Source: a virus. Taken from it: 46,189 bases of DNA. Where the stretch lies: IMG/VR virus record IMGVR_UViG_3300025302_000001. One strand, given 5' to 3'. Numbering within the stretch: the first letter of the stretch is position 1; every line of letters starts with the position of its first letter. Below, piece by piece: positions 1 to 6,748 of this stretch. The notes beneath the pieces were generated by a model that was given only the letters and a program-made list of their open reading frames with translations, had not been told where the DNA came from and did no database searches. Made by a program: the position numbers and the translations under genes.

Positions 1-127
1 GAAGCGCCAGTCTGATCTCGTCATTCGAGGCCATTGGCCCGACTTCAACCGACCTGTCGCCAATGGTAACGATCTGGTTGCCATTTGTGGCATAGCCAAC
101 GGTTAGCTGGTCGTTGCCCGCGATGTC
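1..127. repeat. Terminal direct repeat copy 1 (identical to 46063..46189); assembly overlap of a circular or terminally redundant genome
   Basis: Bases 1-127 (gaagcgccagtctgatctcg...gttgcccgcgatgtc) are the same string as the last 127 nt of the window. Confidence 0.9.
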
Positions 128-160
128 CTTCAGCGCTTCCTTCAGTTCGAGCGCTGACAT
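1..160 (-). CDS. 5' part of a hypothetical coiled-coil protein gene that crosses the junction (continues 46062..45812; 136 aa in total)
   Basis: The ATG at 160 gives MSALELKEALKDIAGNDQLTVGYATNGNQIVTIGDRSVEVGP. This reads in frame into MASNDEIRLAL..., the ORF listed at 45812..46096. Confidence 0.6.
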   Translation of the reverse strand, partial: MSALELKEALKDIAGNDQLTVGYATNGNQIVTIGDRSVEVGPMASNDEIRLAL

Positions 161-233
161 CTCAGGCGTCAATCTCTGGGTTTCGTAAACAGCGATCGAA
201 AGGCGAAGATCAAACCAGCCAAGATCATTGGCG

Positions 234-392
234 CTAAGCTGGGTCACTATCCGGAGCCGTGTAGGACGGCCACACAGGCGGCATTTCGGACGGCGCGGTG
301 TCGAGCCCCATCACCTGCTTCGCAAGCCTCACGTCGGCCGCCTCGCGTTCCTCGCGGCGCTTGAAGTCTCGGAGCTGGACGACATCACCCAC
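234..392 (-). CDS. Hypothetical small protein (52 aa, GTG start)
   Basis: GAGGAG lies 6 nt upstream of the GTG at 392. Third-position GC is high. This is a trimmed version of track ORF 234..425, whose own start is TTG. Confidence 0.35.
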   Translation of the reverse strand: MGDVVQLRDFKRREEREAADVRLAKQVMGLDTAPSEMPPVWPSYTAPDSDPA

Positions 393-498
393 GGCAGACT
401 CCTCGCGCAACCCATCCAGCGGCAAACACCCCCAGGTAAATCACGCCAGCCCAGACCTGATCTGCGTAGGCGAATGCGTGGGGAATACCGAAGTTCAT
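385..498 (-). CDS. Hypothetical 37-aa membrane peptide
   Basis: MNFGIPHAFAYADQVWAGVIYLGVFAAGWVARGVCRG. It has a TGATG junction with the upstream 33-aa ORF. Below the track size cutoff. Confidence 0.25.
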   Translation of the reverse strand: MNFGIPHAFAYADQVWAGVIYLGVFAAGWVARGVCRG

Positions 499-599
499 CA
501 GATCAGGCTGACCGGAACCAGCTTACCGTTCCGTTCGACAATCTTCGCCTGTCCGTCGCGGATCAGGCGGGCGAGCAGTTCAATCTGCGCCTTGGTCAT
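498..599 (-). CDS. Hypothetical 33-aa protein; first ORF after the early-left terminator, so probably the first late-operon ORF
   Basis: MTKAQIELLARLIRDGQAKIVERNGKLVPVSLI. GGAG lies 6 nt upstream of the ATG at 599. Confidence 0.35.
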   Translation of the reverse strand: MTKAQIELLARLIRDGQAKIVERNGKLVPVSLI

Positions 600-701
600 G
601 GTTTGCTCCAAAAGGTTTCGGGCACCACTCAGCATGTCGGAGCTCTAGGCACCTAAAGGGCCTATGGCAGGGGGAGTAGCTCAACGGTGCGCTTGAGGGT
701 G

Positions 702-768
702 CCCGAACTGAATTGGACCATTCGCGCCCCTGGTCGCGGTCATAGCGCGTGTACCGGACAATTCAGGG
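702..768. promoter_or_regulatory. Inverted repeat CTGAATTG (708..715) / CAATTCAG (759..766) in the gap between the early-left terminator and the first late ORF; candidate late-promoter control site
   Basis: Arms read directly. The location is the only untranslated stretch upstream of the late genes. Confidence 0.3.
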
Positions 769-775
769 ATGGCCC

Positions 776-813
776 AAACGAAAAACCCGCCAGCGGATTT
801 CTCCGGGCGGGTT
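776..813 (-). terminator. Rho-independent terminator ending the leftward early operon
   Basis: The minus strand reads AACCCGCC-(14 nt loop)-GGCGGGTT followed by TTTTCGTTT. Confidence 0.75.
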
Positions 814-879
814 ACAAATCTTGCGACGATGATTGATGTACCCTGATTTGCTGGACCGGTCCATCCGGCTGACTACGGA

Positions 880-1071
880 TCAGGGCTGGCATACCTTGTC
901 GAGGTCTTCGACTGCATAGCCCCAAGATGTGTGATACGAACCATCCCGGTATTTAAAGATATGGCTGCCATCGCGACAGATGCGTGCGACGGCAACGGCC
1001 CGGTCCGGCTCGGGTTCGCTCTGGCTGCACCCACAGAGAACTGCCGCGACAAGAATGACGCAAAATCTCAT
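880..1071 (-). CDS. Small lipoprotein (63 aa), moron-like last gene of the early-left operon
   Basis: MRFCVILVAAVLCGCSQ has a lipobox (LCGC). ATGA overlap with the upstream gene. A terminator follows. Confidence 0.6.
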   Translation of the reverse strand: MRFCVILVAAVLCGCSQSEPEPDRAVAVARICRDGSHIFKYRDGSYHTSWGYAVEDLDKVCQP

Positions 1072-1628
1072 TTCACGCTCCCGCCAGATGTCATCGCAAA
1101 ACCATAAACCAACGCCAGACAGTCCAAGCACTCACGAAAGCGCATTCCGAAGTATTTTTCCCAGCGCTCGCCCTCCATCCCACGCCGCGCAGTCAACTCC
1201 GTAATTGTCCTGCCGTGGATTAAAACGTCAGAGACGATCGCTGAGCCGTTTTGACCAAGCTCCGCATACACACGAGCCAGAGACCGCGCCGCGCGCTGCT
1301 GGGCCTCCGTAATCGGTTCTGGCATCACTCCACCGTCAACGGCCTCCTTCGATGGATCAATGGCACGAGGACCGCGCTCGGCAGCCTCGAAATCGCGCTG
1401 GAAAGCACGGCCACCCCAAAGCTGGGCGTCATCGATGAACTGCCGAGAATGCAAAGCAGCTAGGGGATCATTCCGAAGAGATCGCATGACGATCAACTTC
1501 GACCCAATCTCCATCGGGTCATCGACCTCGACGGGGGCGACCATCGCATTCCTCAACAGATCGGTAGCCCGCCGGTCATGTGCCGGCTTGCTCGGATCGT
1601 AGGGCTGCCGTCGTTTAGCTCGCGCCAT
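1068..1628 (-). CDS. Putative transcriptional regulator, DUF6456-like with a C-terminal sigma-region-4/HTH-like segment
   Basis: Start reset to MARAKRR (ATG 1628). The segment RNDPLAALHSRQFIDDAQLWGGRAFQRDFE resembles my recollection of DUF6456. HGRTITELTARRGM looks HTH-like. Confidence 0.45.
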   Translation of the reverse strand: MARAKRRQPYDPSKPAHDRRATDLLRNAMVAPVEVDDPMEIGSKLIVMRSLRNDPLAALHSRQFIDDAQLWGGRAFQRDFEAAERGPRAIDPSKEAVDGGVMPEPITEAQQRAARSLARVYAELGQNGSAIVSDVLIHGRTITELTARRGMEGERWEKYFGMRFRECLDCLALVYGFAMTSGGSVK

Positions 1629-1821
1629 TCGCGCCACCCATGATCCGATAAAGCAACCCAACCTTGTTGTTCACGCCGTAAACTTTGTAGGCGTGATAGA
1701 TGTGATCCTCGACCGTCCGGTAGCTGATATCCAGCTTTCGAGCGATCTCCTTGTGCGAAAGGCCCTGGATCGCAAGTTCGCAAACCTGCCGCTGGCGGAT
1801 TGTGAGTGATGCTGTGGTCAT
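1615..1821 (-). CDS. LuxR/GerE-family HTH regulator (68 aa, DNA-binding domain only)
   Basis: LTIRQRQVCELAIQGLSHKEIARKLDISYRTVEDHIYHAYKVYGV is a typical GerE-type HTH. Confidence 0.85.
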   Translation of the reverse strand: MTTASLTIRQRQVCELAIQGLSHKEIARKLDISYRTVEDHIYHAYKVYGVNNKVGLLYRIMGGANGAS

Positions 1822-1848
1822 GGTTGCCCCGTGTGATGCAGTTGGACG

Positions 1849-2748
1849 CTACATAGTCTTCAGAACCGGCACAGGAGGCGCTCCATGCGCCTGCGCCAGC
1901 GGAACGTAATCTGGCGGCCACTGCGCCGAATGCCACCACCCGCCCTTGCCATCGCGCGGATATGCCTTGCCCAGCTTGGCTTTGCCGAATGCGTCCCAAG
2001 CGTCCTGTTCTTCGCTGCCGAACTTGGCGTAGAAGCCGGCGGCGGGCTGCGGCGCCTCGAACGCCTCAACGGCGCTTTCGATGAAATCCTCCGAGTTCAG
2101 CCAGCTTGCGGGCATCGGAACAAACTCCGTGCCGATGCGCTTCAACTTCCGCATCTCCTCGGCATGCCGCCGGACAGCAATACTGATCGCCTGGGGAGAG
2201 ACGCCCGTTTTCACGAGCGCAAGGTACTTTCGCTCGGCGGACTTCCAACCATAGTTGCCGGCGCGCTTCGGATAGTCCTTTTTGAACTTTTCAAAATCCT
2301 CATTCGAAGGCGAAGCCGCACGAGAACGCGGAGCGTTCGGAGGTACTAGGTCCAAGGTACTAGGTACTAGGTCCGTAGTCGAAGCCTCGCGAACATTCGC
2401 GATAACTCGCGAGCCCTCCACGAATTCCGGAAGACGCGACTTCGACGGCTTATCAATCTTCTGATGTTCCAACCACTTAACGATTTCGAGGTACTGAGCA
2501 CCATCGACTTCGTAGCGGCGGATCTTCTCGCCCTGCTCCAACTCGTCCAACCAACCATCTATCAGGTCGCGGGCATCGTCATCATACGGATAGAGAAGGC
2601 TCGCGAGCATTCGCGAGGCCGCGCGAGCCCTCCCGGCATCGTCAACAATTGTCCAGAGTTGGACATAGAGCAGCCTTGCATCGCGCGAAAGTCGCCCGAC
2701 GCTCTCGGATTGCGGAAATTCGGGCTTTATCGTGCGAATGCGAGCCAT
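1849..2748 (-). CDS. Replication-initiator-like protein (N-terminal winged-helix type MARIRTIKPEF module, C-terminal phage replication-associated domain)
   Basis: Start reset to MARIRTIKPEF (ATG 2748, junction with the HNH stop). The C-terminal FEKFKKDYPKRAG...VPMPASWLN pattern is common in alphaproteobacterial prophage replication genes. Iteron-like repeats lie inside the linker. Confidence 0.5.
   Translation of the reverse strand: MARIRTIKPEFPQSESVGRLSRDARLLYVQLWTIVDDAGRARAASRMLASLLYPYDDDARDLIDGWLDELEQGEKIRRYEVDGAQYLEIVKWLEHQKIDKPSKSRLPEFVEGSRVIANVREASTTDLVPSTLDLVPPNAPRSRAASPSNEDFEKFKKDYPKRAGNYGWKSAERKYLALVKTGVSPQAISIAVRRHAEEMRKLKRIGTEFVPMPASWLNSEDFIESAVEAFEAPQPAAGFYAKFGSEEQDAWDAFGKAKLGKAYPRDGKGGWWHSAQWPPDYVPLAQAHGAPPVPVLKTM
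2342..2374. repeat. Iteron-like triple repeat GGTACTAGG (2342, 2356, 2363) inside the initiator-like gene; candidate origin
   Basis: ggtactaggtccaaggtactaggtactaggtcc read directly. An AT-rich inverted repeat TTTTGAA/TTCAAAA lies at 2280..2296. Confidence 0.45.
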
Positions 2749-3287
2749 CAGCGTCCCGCACTCCGGATCTTGTTCCAGCACACGCCGCAAAAATATTTCC
2801 AGACCGCGTATCCGCTATTCTTTCTAGCACAAGCGATGTTCATCGCCTCTCGCACCTCGAACACATCGAGCCTTTCGATGAACATGCGAATGCTGATAAT
2901 CCCATCCTTCGGCATCGCTGCCATGGCAAAATATTCAAGGAATATTCCAGCTACGGACCACGCATCTTCGTCTCTGCGCTCTTCGCGGAGTTCGAGGATC
3001 TGATAATAGGCGCGAAGCTGAGCCTCACGCTCGGCGACCTGGACGGCTTTTTCCTCAAGCGACTGGGGGGCACTCGACAGCAGGCCGGCACCCTTGCCGC
3101 GGTTGCAGTCCCAACAAGCCGTCAGTAGGTTGTCGATGTCGTTAGTCCCGCCCTCCGCTACCGGATGGATGTGGTCCACCTCAAGCAGGACGGTCTCCGA
3201 AGGGTGCGCGCCGCAATATGCGCACTGGAACCCATCCCGCTTGAATATGTCAAAGCGGGTCTTCTTAGAAAGTCCAACCCGCGCCAT
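2748..3287 (-). CDS. HNH endonuclease
   Basis: FKRDGFQCAYCG...LEVDHIHPVAEGGTNDIDNLLTACWDCNRGKG. ATG at 3287 is coupled to the GapR stop. Confidence 0.9.
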   Translation of the reverse strand: MARVGLSKKTRFDIFKRDGFQCAYCGAHPSETVLLEVDHIHPVAEGGTNDIDNLLTACWDCNRGKGAGLLSSAPQSLEEKAVQVAEREAQLRAYYQILELREERRDEDAWSVAGIFLEYFAMAAMPKDGIISIRMFIERLDVFEVREAMNIACARKNSGYAVWKYFCGVCWNKIRSAGR

Positions 3288-3538
3288 CACCCGATCCCCA
3301 GCTCGTTGCTATAGAGATCGATCATCGCCTCTCTGTTGCGGCGCTTATCGGCATCTTCGCGTAGAGAGCGAATGATAGCTCGCAGCGCCGGCAAATCGTA
3401 CCCGGCCGACTTCGCCTCAGCGAATACATCTCGAATATCGCTCGACACCTCGTCGCGATCGTCCATCAGGCGATTGATGCGCTCTACGAGCGCCTTGAGT
3501 TGCCCCTGGCTGTTATGGCCGGCTTCCATGTGATGCAT
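3287..3538 (-). CDS. gapR: GapR-like DNA-binding protein (DUF2312/UPF0335)
   Basis: GQLKALVERINRLMDDRDEVSSDIRDVFAEAKSAGYDLPALRAIIR...EAMIDLYSNELG aligns by eye along its length with Caulobacter GapR. Confidence 0.85.
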   Translation of the reverse strand: MHHMEAGHNSQGQLKALVERINRLMDDRDEVSSDIRDVFAEAKSAGYDLPALRAIIRSLREDADKRRNREAMIDLYSNELGIG

Positions 3539-3896
3539 TCCCCTGCTCTAGCGGTGTGATTGTGATACGCACGCCGATTACTGAGCGGTCCCATTCGACG
3601 GACCCTTTACGCAGGTACTTGTTGCTGTCGCCCTCGACGACGCCGTGCTTGACGAGGAGATCGGTGCAGCCCTTCTCCAGGTTGAAGGCGTCGCGCTCGC
3701 GCCTGTCTTGGCCTTCCTGGAAAGCGTAAGTGATATGATACTGCCCCTTGATCTGCGCTGGCTTCTGCAATTTGAGCGCATACCCAGCTTCCACAAGCCA
3801 ATCGCAGTATCGCTGCGACTTGTGACGGCGCGTTTTGCCGTCGGCGAACATCGCATTGACGCTCACCGGGAATGGAAGTGTGAGAACCACGTTCAT
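3513..3896 (-). CDS. rusA: RusA-like Holliday junction resolvase (divergent)
   Basis: LTLPFPVSVNAMF and DRRERDAFNLEKGCTDLLVKHGVVEGDS match RusA blocks, but the DxDN motif reads DAFN. Confidence 0.6.
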   Translation of the reverse strand: MNVVLTLPFPVSVNAMFADGKTRRHKSQRYCDWLVEAGYALKLQKPAQIKGQYHITYAFQEGQDRRERDAFNLEKGCTDLLVKHGVVEGDSNKYLRKGSVEWDRSVIGVRITITPLEQGNASHGSRP

Positions 3897-4072
3897 GCCG
3901 CGCGGTTCTCCTTGCGGAGTTGTTTCAGGATCGCGCCCTCCAGCAAGGACTGGAGTTCGTTGCGCCGGACCGAATGCGGCTTCTCGGCCGCGACCAACGC
4001 ACGCAGATGGGCAATGCGGTGATGCAGCGGAAGCCGCCTCATGCGTGAGACGATCTCATGGATCGGCGTCAT
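3893..4072 (-). CDS. Hypothetical protein (59 aa)
   Basis: MTPIHEIVSRMRRLPLHH... has ATGA overlaps at both ends (4069-4072 and 3893-3896). The longer track ORF 3893..4390 overlaps the DnaA-like gene. Confidence 0.45.
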   Translation of the reverse strand: MTPIHEIVSRMRRLPLHHRIAHLRALVAAEKPHSVRRNELQSLLEGAILKQLRKENRAA

Positions 4073-4560
4073 GCGAACCTCACCATCAGTGAATTGACCC
4101 TGTTGCGGAAGTCGAAATCCATCTCCATCATTGCCTCGACGCGCTTGAGGCCGTGCAGCACCGTCGTATGATCCTTGCCGCCGAAGTGTCTGCCGATCTG
4201 AGGCAGCGACCACTCCAGTAGTTGCTGGCAGAGGTACATCGCGACCCAGCGGGGGACCGTGACATTGTTCGTCCGGCGCGTAGACCGCATGTCGAGAACG
4301 GAGATGTTGAATTCCGCCGCGACGACGGACTGGATCGTCTTGCAGAAGGACGGGAGCCTCTGAGGCATCGTCACCAGGTCCCAGCACCAAAGCGACGGCC
4401 AGAAGGATTCCGCCGACGGCACATCAATGGCCGCGGGCTTGACCTTCAGCGGGATGATATCCGCCTCTGTCAGATGAGAAACGACGGCCTTGGTCGGCAC
4501 AGCGCCAAGGCGCACCAGCCGGGCCTTGCGCTCGGCATGCAATTGTTCTGCGAGTGTCAT
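4069..4560 (-). CDS. DnaA domain IV (DnaA-box binding HTH) protein without an AAA+ module
   Basis: RSTRRTNNVTVPRWVAMYLCQQLLEWSLPQIGRHFGGKDHTTVLHGLKRVE closely matches the DnaA C-terminal DNA-binding domain. Confidence 0.9.
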   Translation of the reverse strand: MTLAEQLHAERKARLVRLGAVPTKAVVSHLTEADIIPLKVKPAAIDVPSAESFWPSLWCWDLVTMPQRLPSFCKTIQSVVAAEFNISVLDMRSTRRTNNVTVPRWVAMYLCQQLLEWSLPQIGRHFGGKDHTTVLHGLKRVEAMMEMDFDFRNRVNSLMVRFA

Positions 4561-4614
4561 TCCCCTGCCTTCCTTCTATGCCCGATGCCGTGATGCGGCG
4601 GGCTACTTCACTTC

Positions 4615-5043
4615 CTACGGATCTTTGCCGAGAAATGGCCCGGCTAGTCCTTTGTCGGCATGATCTCCGGCGCGATCTCGGCCGCCAATCGCGCGCGCCG
4701 CAGCGACGAACTCATCAATGCGCTCCCGATCCAGATCCGGATTGCTGCTGGCAAGCGCTTGAGCGTGCCGACTAAAAAATTCCGCAACATTAAGCGCATC
4801 GCATTTCGCCCTTTGAATTCTAGCTTCCTGAGCCGCCGCCAGGAGCTTCGTTCCAACCGAATGGCGCGGGTCATCGTGCTCGCCGTAGTACAACGCCTTG
4901 ATCTGGCGATAAGTCACGCCAGCAACTCGAGCAGCACGCGCCAACCAGCTCTTGCGGTTCCCCCCGAAAGGACCGGCGATTATGCCGATCTCGTCCGGCC
5001 AATTGATCGCTTGTTCCATTTCTACGACCTTCTTTTCCGGCAT
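4615..5043 (-). CDS. Hypothetical protein (142 aa)
   Basis: GAGGAG lies 7 nt upstream of the ATG at 5043. No recognisable motif. Confidence 0.6.
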   Translation of the reverse strand: MPEKKVVEMEQAINWPDEIGIIAGPFGGNRKSWLARAARVAGVTYRQIKALYYGEHDDPRHSVGTKLLAAAQEARIQRAKCDALNVAEFFSRHAQALASSNPDLDRERIDEFVAAARAIGGRDRAGDHADKGLAGPFLGKDP

Positions 5044-5158
5044 TCCGGATACTCCTCATGGTTCATTCTGGGCCATGAGCAACGCGACATTCGACAACGA
5101 CAACGAAGAGTTCAGCTTCATTACGCTGGCAGCGGCAACCGCCAACGTAGTTCGATAC

Positions 5159-5479
5159 CTAGATAACTCCGAGGACCATCAGGAAGAGGCTCAGCGGCAA
5201 ACTGAGCGCAACCATGATGAGGAAAAGAAAAACAACGATCGACGCGAGTACATCGATCAACGTTTGCGCGAGCTTGCCGAATTTGAACGGCGCTACAGCG
5301 CTGGAATAAAAGGACGCCGTTAATGGCGCCAAGTTTGCCAGGCCAAGGGAGGAGATGGCCGGCGAAGAAGAGGTTTTAGCGTGCGGATTGTATTGCGTTC
5401 CCGCGCTGTGAGAGCCGCCCTGCGTGTTGATTCCCCCGTCGAGCGCAGGGCGGCGGCTCAATTCTAAATTTTTCGTCAT
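5159..5479 (-). CDS. Hypothetical C-terminally membrane-anchored protein (106 aa)
   Basis: Start reset to MTKNLELS (GGAG 7 nt upstream). C-terminal TM: LASIVVFLFLIMVALSLPLSLFLMVLGVI. It competes with plus ORF 4952..5323. Confidence 0.4.
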   Translation of the reverse strand: MTKNLELSRRPALDGGINTQGGSHSAGTQYNPHAKTSSSPAISSLGLANLAPLTASFYSSAVAPFKFGKLAQTLIDVLASIVVFLFLIMVALSLPLSLFLMVLGVI

Positions 5480-5712
5480 GCGAGCACTCCGAATTGAAGT
5501 GAAACGCCTGAAATGCAGGGAGCTAATCCATGCAATGTGCTGCACTCTGTTCCTACACAGGGAACAGCTACTAATTGCGTAGAATTGCGCTCAACTGACG
5601 CGCGAAAGCCTGTAGGTTTACGAGTTGACGACGATTTCACTTGCGTGTTCACAAGTGCGCATTGCAGATTCATCCCGCGCGCGATTTGCGCCAATAAGCG
5701 GGGGCTGCGATC

Positions 5713-5985
5713 ATGGGAATGCCGAACTTTCCGGAAGTTGCCATAGCTCCGGACACTTTTGGGCTGCCGGAGTACAAAGTAAGCGAGATGAGCGGCGAGA
5801 TCGAAGGCAACGGGCACGATGTTCGCCTCGTCTTCGGCGCCAAGCGATTCGGCCAACTCAATTGGCTCTACACGGTCGTGTGCTCGCCTGCGGACCTCAT
5901 CGAACTCTCGCAACAGTGCGAAGCGCTCGCTGTCGAGGCGATCAGGATGTCCGCAGTTACGGAGCGGCGCCGGACCGGTCATTGA
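5713..5985 (+). CDS. Hypothetical protein (90 aa) on the opposite strand inside the leftward operon
   Basis: Hand-counted codon-position GC pattern (pos3 > pos1 > pos2) favours this frame over the antisense 168-aa ORF 5476..5982. Composition looks protein-like. Confidence 0.5.
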   Translation: MGMPNFPEVAIAPDTFGLPEYKVSEMSGEIEGNGHDVRLVFGAKRFGQLNWLYTVVCSPADLIELSQQCEALAVEAIRMSAVTERRRTGH

Positions 5986-6182
5986 GTCGCCTCATCCATC
6001 TTCAGGAAGTCGGTCGGCGTTACAGCGCCTCCGGTTTCCTTGAGGACGGCCTTCGCCTGGTCATGCTTGATCCAGAAAGTTCCCTTGCACCAACCCGTGA
6101 TGGTTTGCGGTGAGACGCCAATCCGCGCCGCAAAATCCTTGCGCTTGATGCCGTGTTGAGAAAGCCAATCTGAAAGCTGCAT
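5979..6182 (-). CDS. Cro-like HTH regulator (67 aa), first gene of the leftward operon
   Basis: IKRKDFAARIGVSPQTITGWCKG is an HTH. It is divergent from the XRE repressor across an operator-bearing spacer. Confidence 0.75.
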   Translation of the reverse strand: MQLSDWLSQHGIKRKDFAARIGVSPQTITGWCKGTFWIKHDQAKAVLKETGGAVTPTDFLKMDEATQ

Positions 6183-6193
6183 AGTGAACCCAT

Positions 6194-6280
6194 AGCATTA
6201 CTGAAAAAGCGCCGCAAGCGTTTTCTTCAGTATTGCTTTATTCCGTCATTTCGCAGTGCAGCTAGACTTTCAGTATGGCT
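6194..6280. promoter_or_regulatory. Left operator cluster: three TTTCAGTAATGCT-like sites (6194..6206 reverse, 6225..6237, 6268..6280)
   Basis: agcattactgaaa, cttcagtattgct and tttcagtatggct read directly. The last one overlaps the repressor ATG. Confidence 0.6.
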
Positions 6281-6631
6281 AGAAGACCGATGAACCCCCA
6301 GCAGGTCCAGACCCGCTTCAAACAGCGGCGCCGGATTTTCCTGCGGCAGTGGCGTAAGTACCGGGGGATGACCCAGGAACAGGTCGCCGAGTACATGGGC
6401 TGGTCAGTGAGCAATGTGTCCCAGCTTGAGCGAGGGGAGCAGGGGTACAGCGACGAAGGGCTGGCGAAGCTCGCGGAGCTTTTACACTGCACTCCAGGCC
6501 AGATCTTGGAAGTGGACCCGACCGACGACAATGCGATCTGGTCACTGTGGGAGCGGGCCAAGCCGGGCCAGCGGACCGCCCTTCTGGAGGTCGCCAAGGG
6601 GATGGTAGGCAAGACAGGGACAGACGACTAA
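6275..6631 (+). CDS. XRE-family HTH repressor (CI-like, no S24 peptidase domain)
   Basis: GMTQEQVAEYMGWSVSNVSQLERGEQ is an HTH. Monocistronic, with its own terminator and operator repeats on both sides. Confidence 0.8.
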   Translation: MARRPMNPQQVQTRFKQRRRIFLRQWRKYRGMTQEQVAEYMGWSVSNVSQLERGEQGYSDEGLAKLAELLHCTPGQILEVDPTDDNAIWSLWERAKPGQRTALLEVAKGMVGKTGTDD

Positions 6632-6658
6632 GGGCCGGCCAAGCGCTCAAAGTAAGAC

Positions 6659-6689
6659 CAACCCGCTGATTCCGGCGGGTTTTTCTTTG
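6659..6689 (+). terminator. Rho-independent terminator of the repressor gene
   Basis: AACCCGC-tgattccg-GCGGGTT followed by TTTTCTTT. Confidence 0.75.
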
Positions 6690-6700
6690 CCCAAAATTAA

Positions 6701-6748
6701 TTTCAGTAATGCTCCGAATTTCAGTTGCACTGTAATTTCAGTAATGCT
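6701..6748. promoter_or_regulatory. Right operator cluster: three sites at 6701..6713, 6718..6730 and 6736..6748 (17-18 bp phasing) ahead of the rightward operon
   Basis: tttcagtaatgct occurs exactly twice, with atttcagttgcac between the two copies. Confidence 0.6.

Noticed and set aside
228-656. 142-aa plus-strand ORF (TTG start) and 298..648 plus ORF
   Set aside because: The translation is Arg/His-rich. The minus strand here carries short ORFs with good SD motifs and high third-position GC, and continues the late operon orientation.
672-720. tRNA-like string (gtagctcaacggtgcgcttgag)
   Set aside because: Only a D-arm-like resemblance. No acceptor stem, anticodon arm or T-loop could be built around it.
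1553-1999. 148-aa minus ORF overlapping the LuxR-type gene
   Set aside because: It is out of frame with two supported genes and has an Arg/Gly/Ala-rich shadow composition.
3893-4390. 165-aa version of the minus ORF
   Set aside because: Its upstream two-thirds overlap the DnaA-domain gene in another frame. Only the ATGA-coupled 59-aa distal part (3893..4072) was kept.
4952-5323. 123-aa plus-strand ORF (or its internal start MSNATFDN at 5076)
   Set aside because: No SD. It overlaps the SD-supported minus ORF 5159..5479, which fits the operon direction. This remains a genuine ambiguity, so the minus call is given low confidence.
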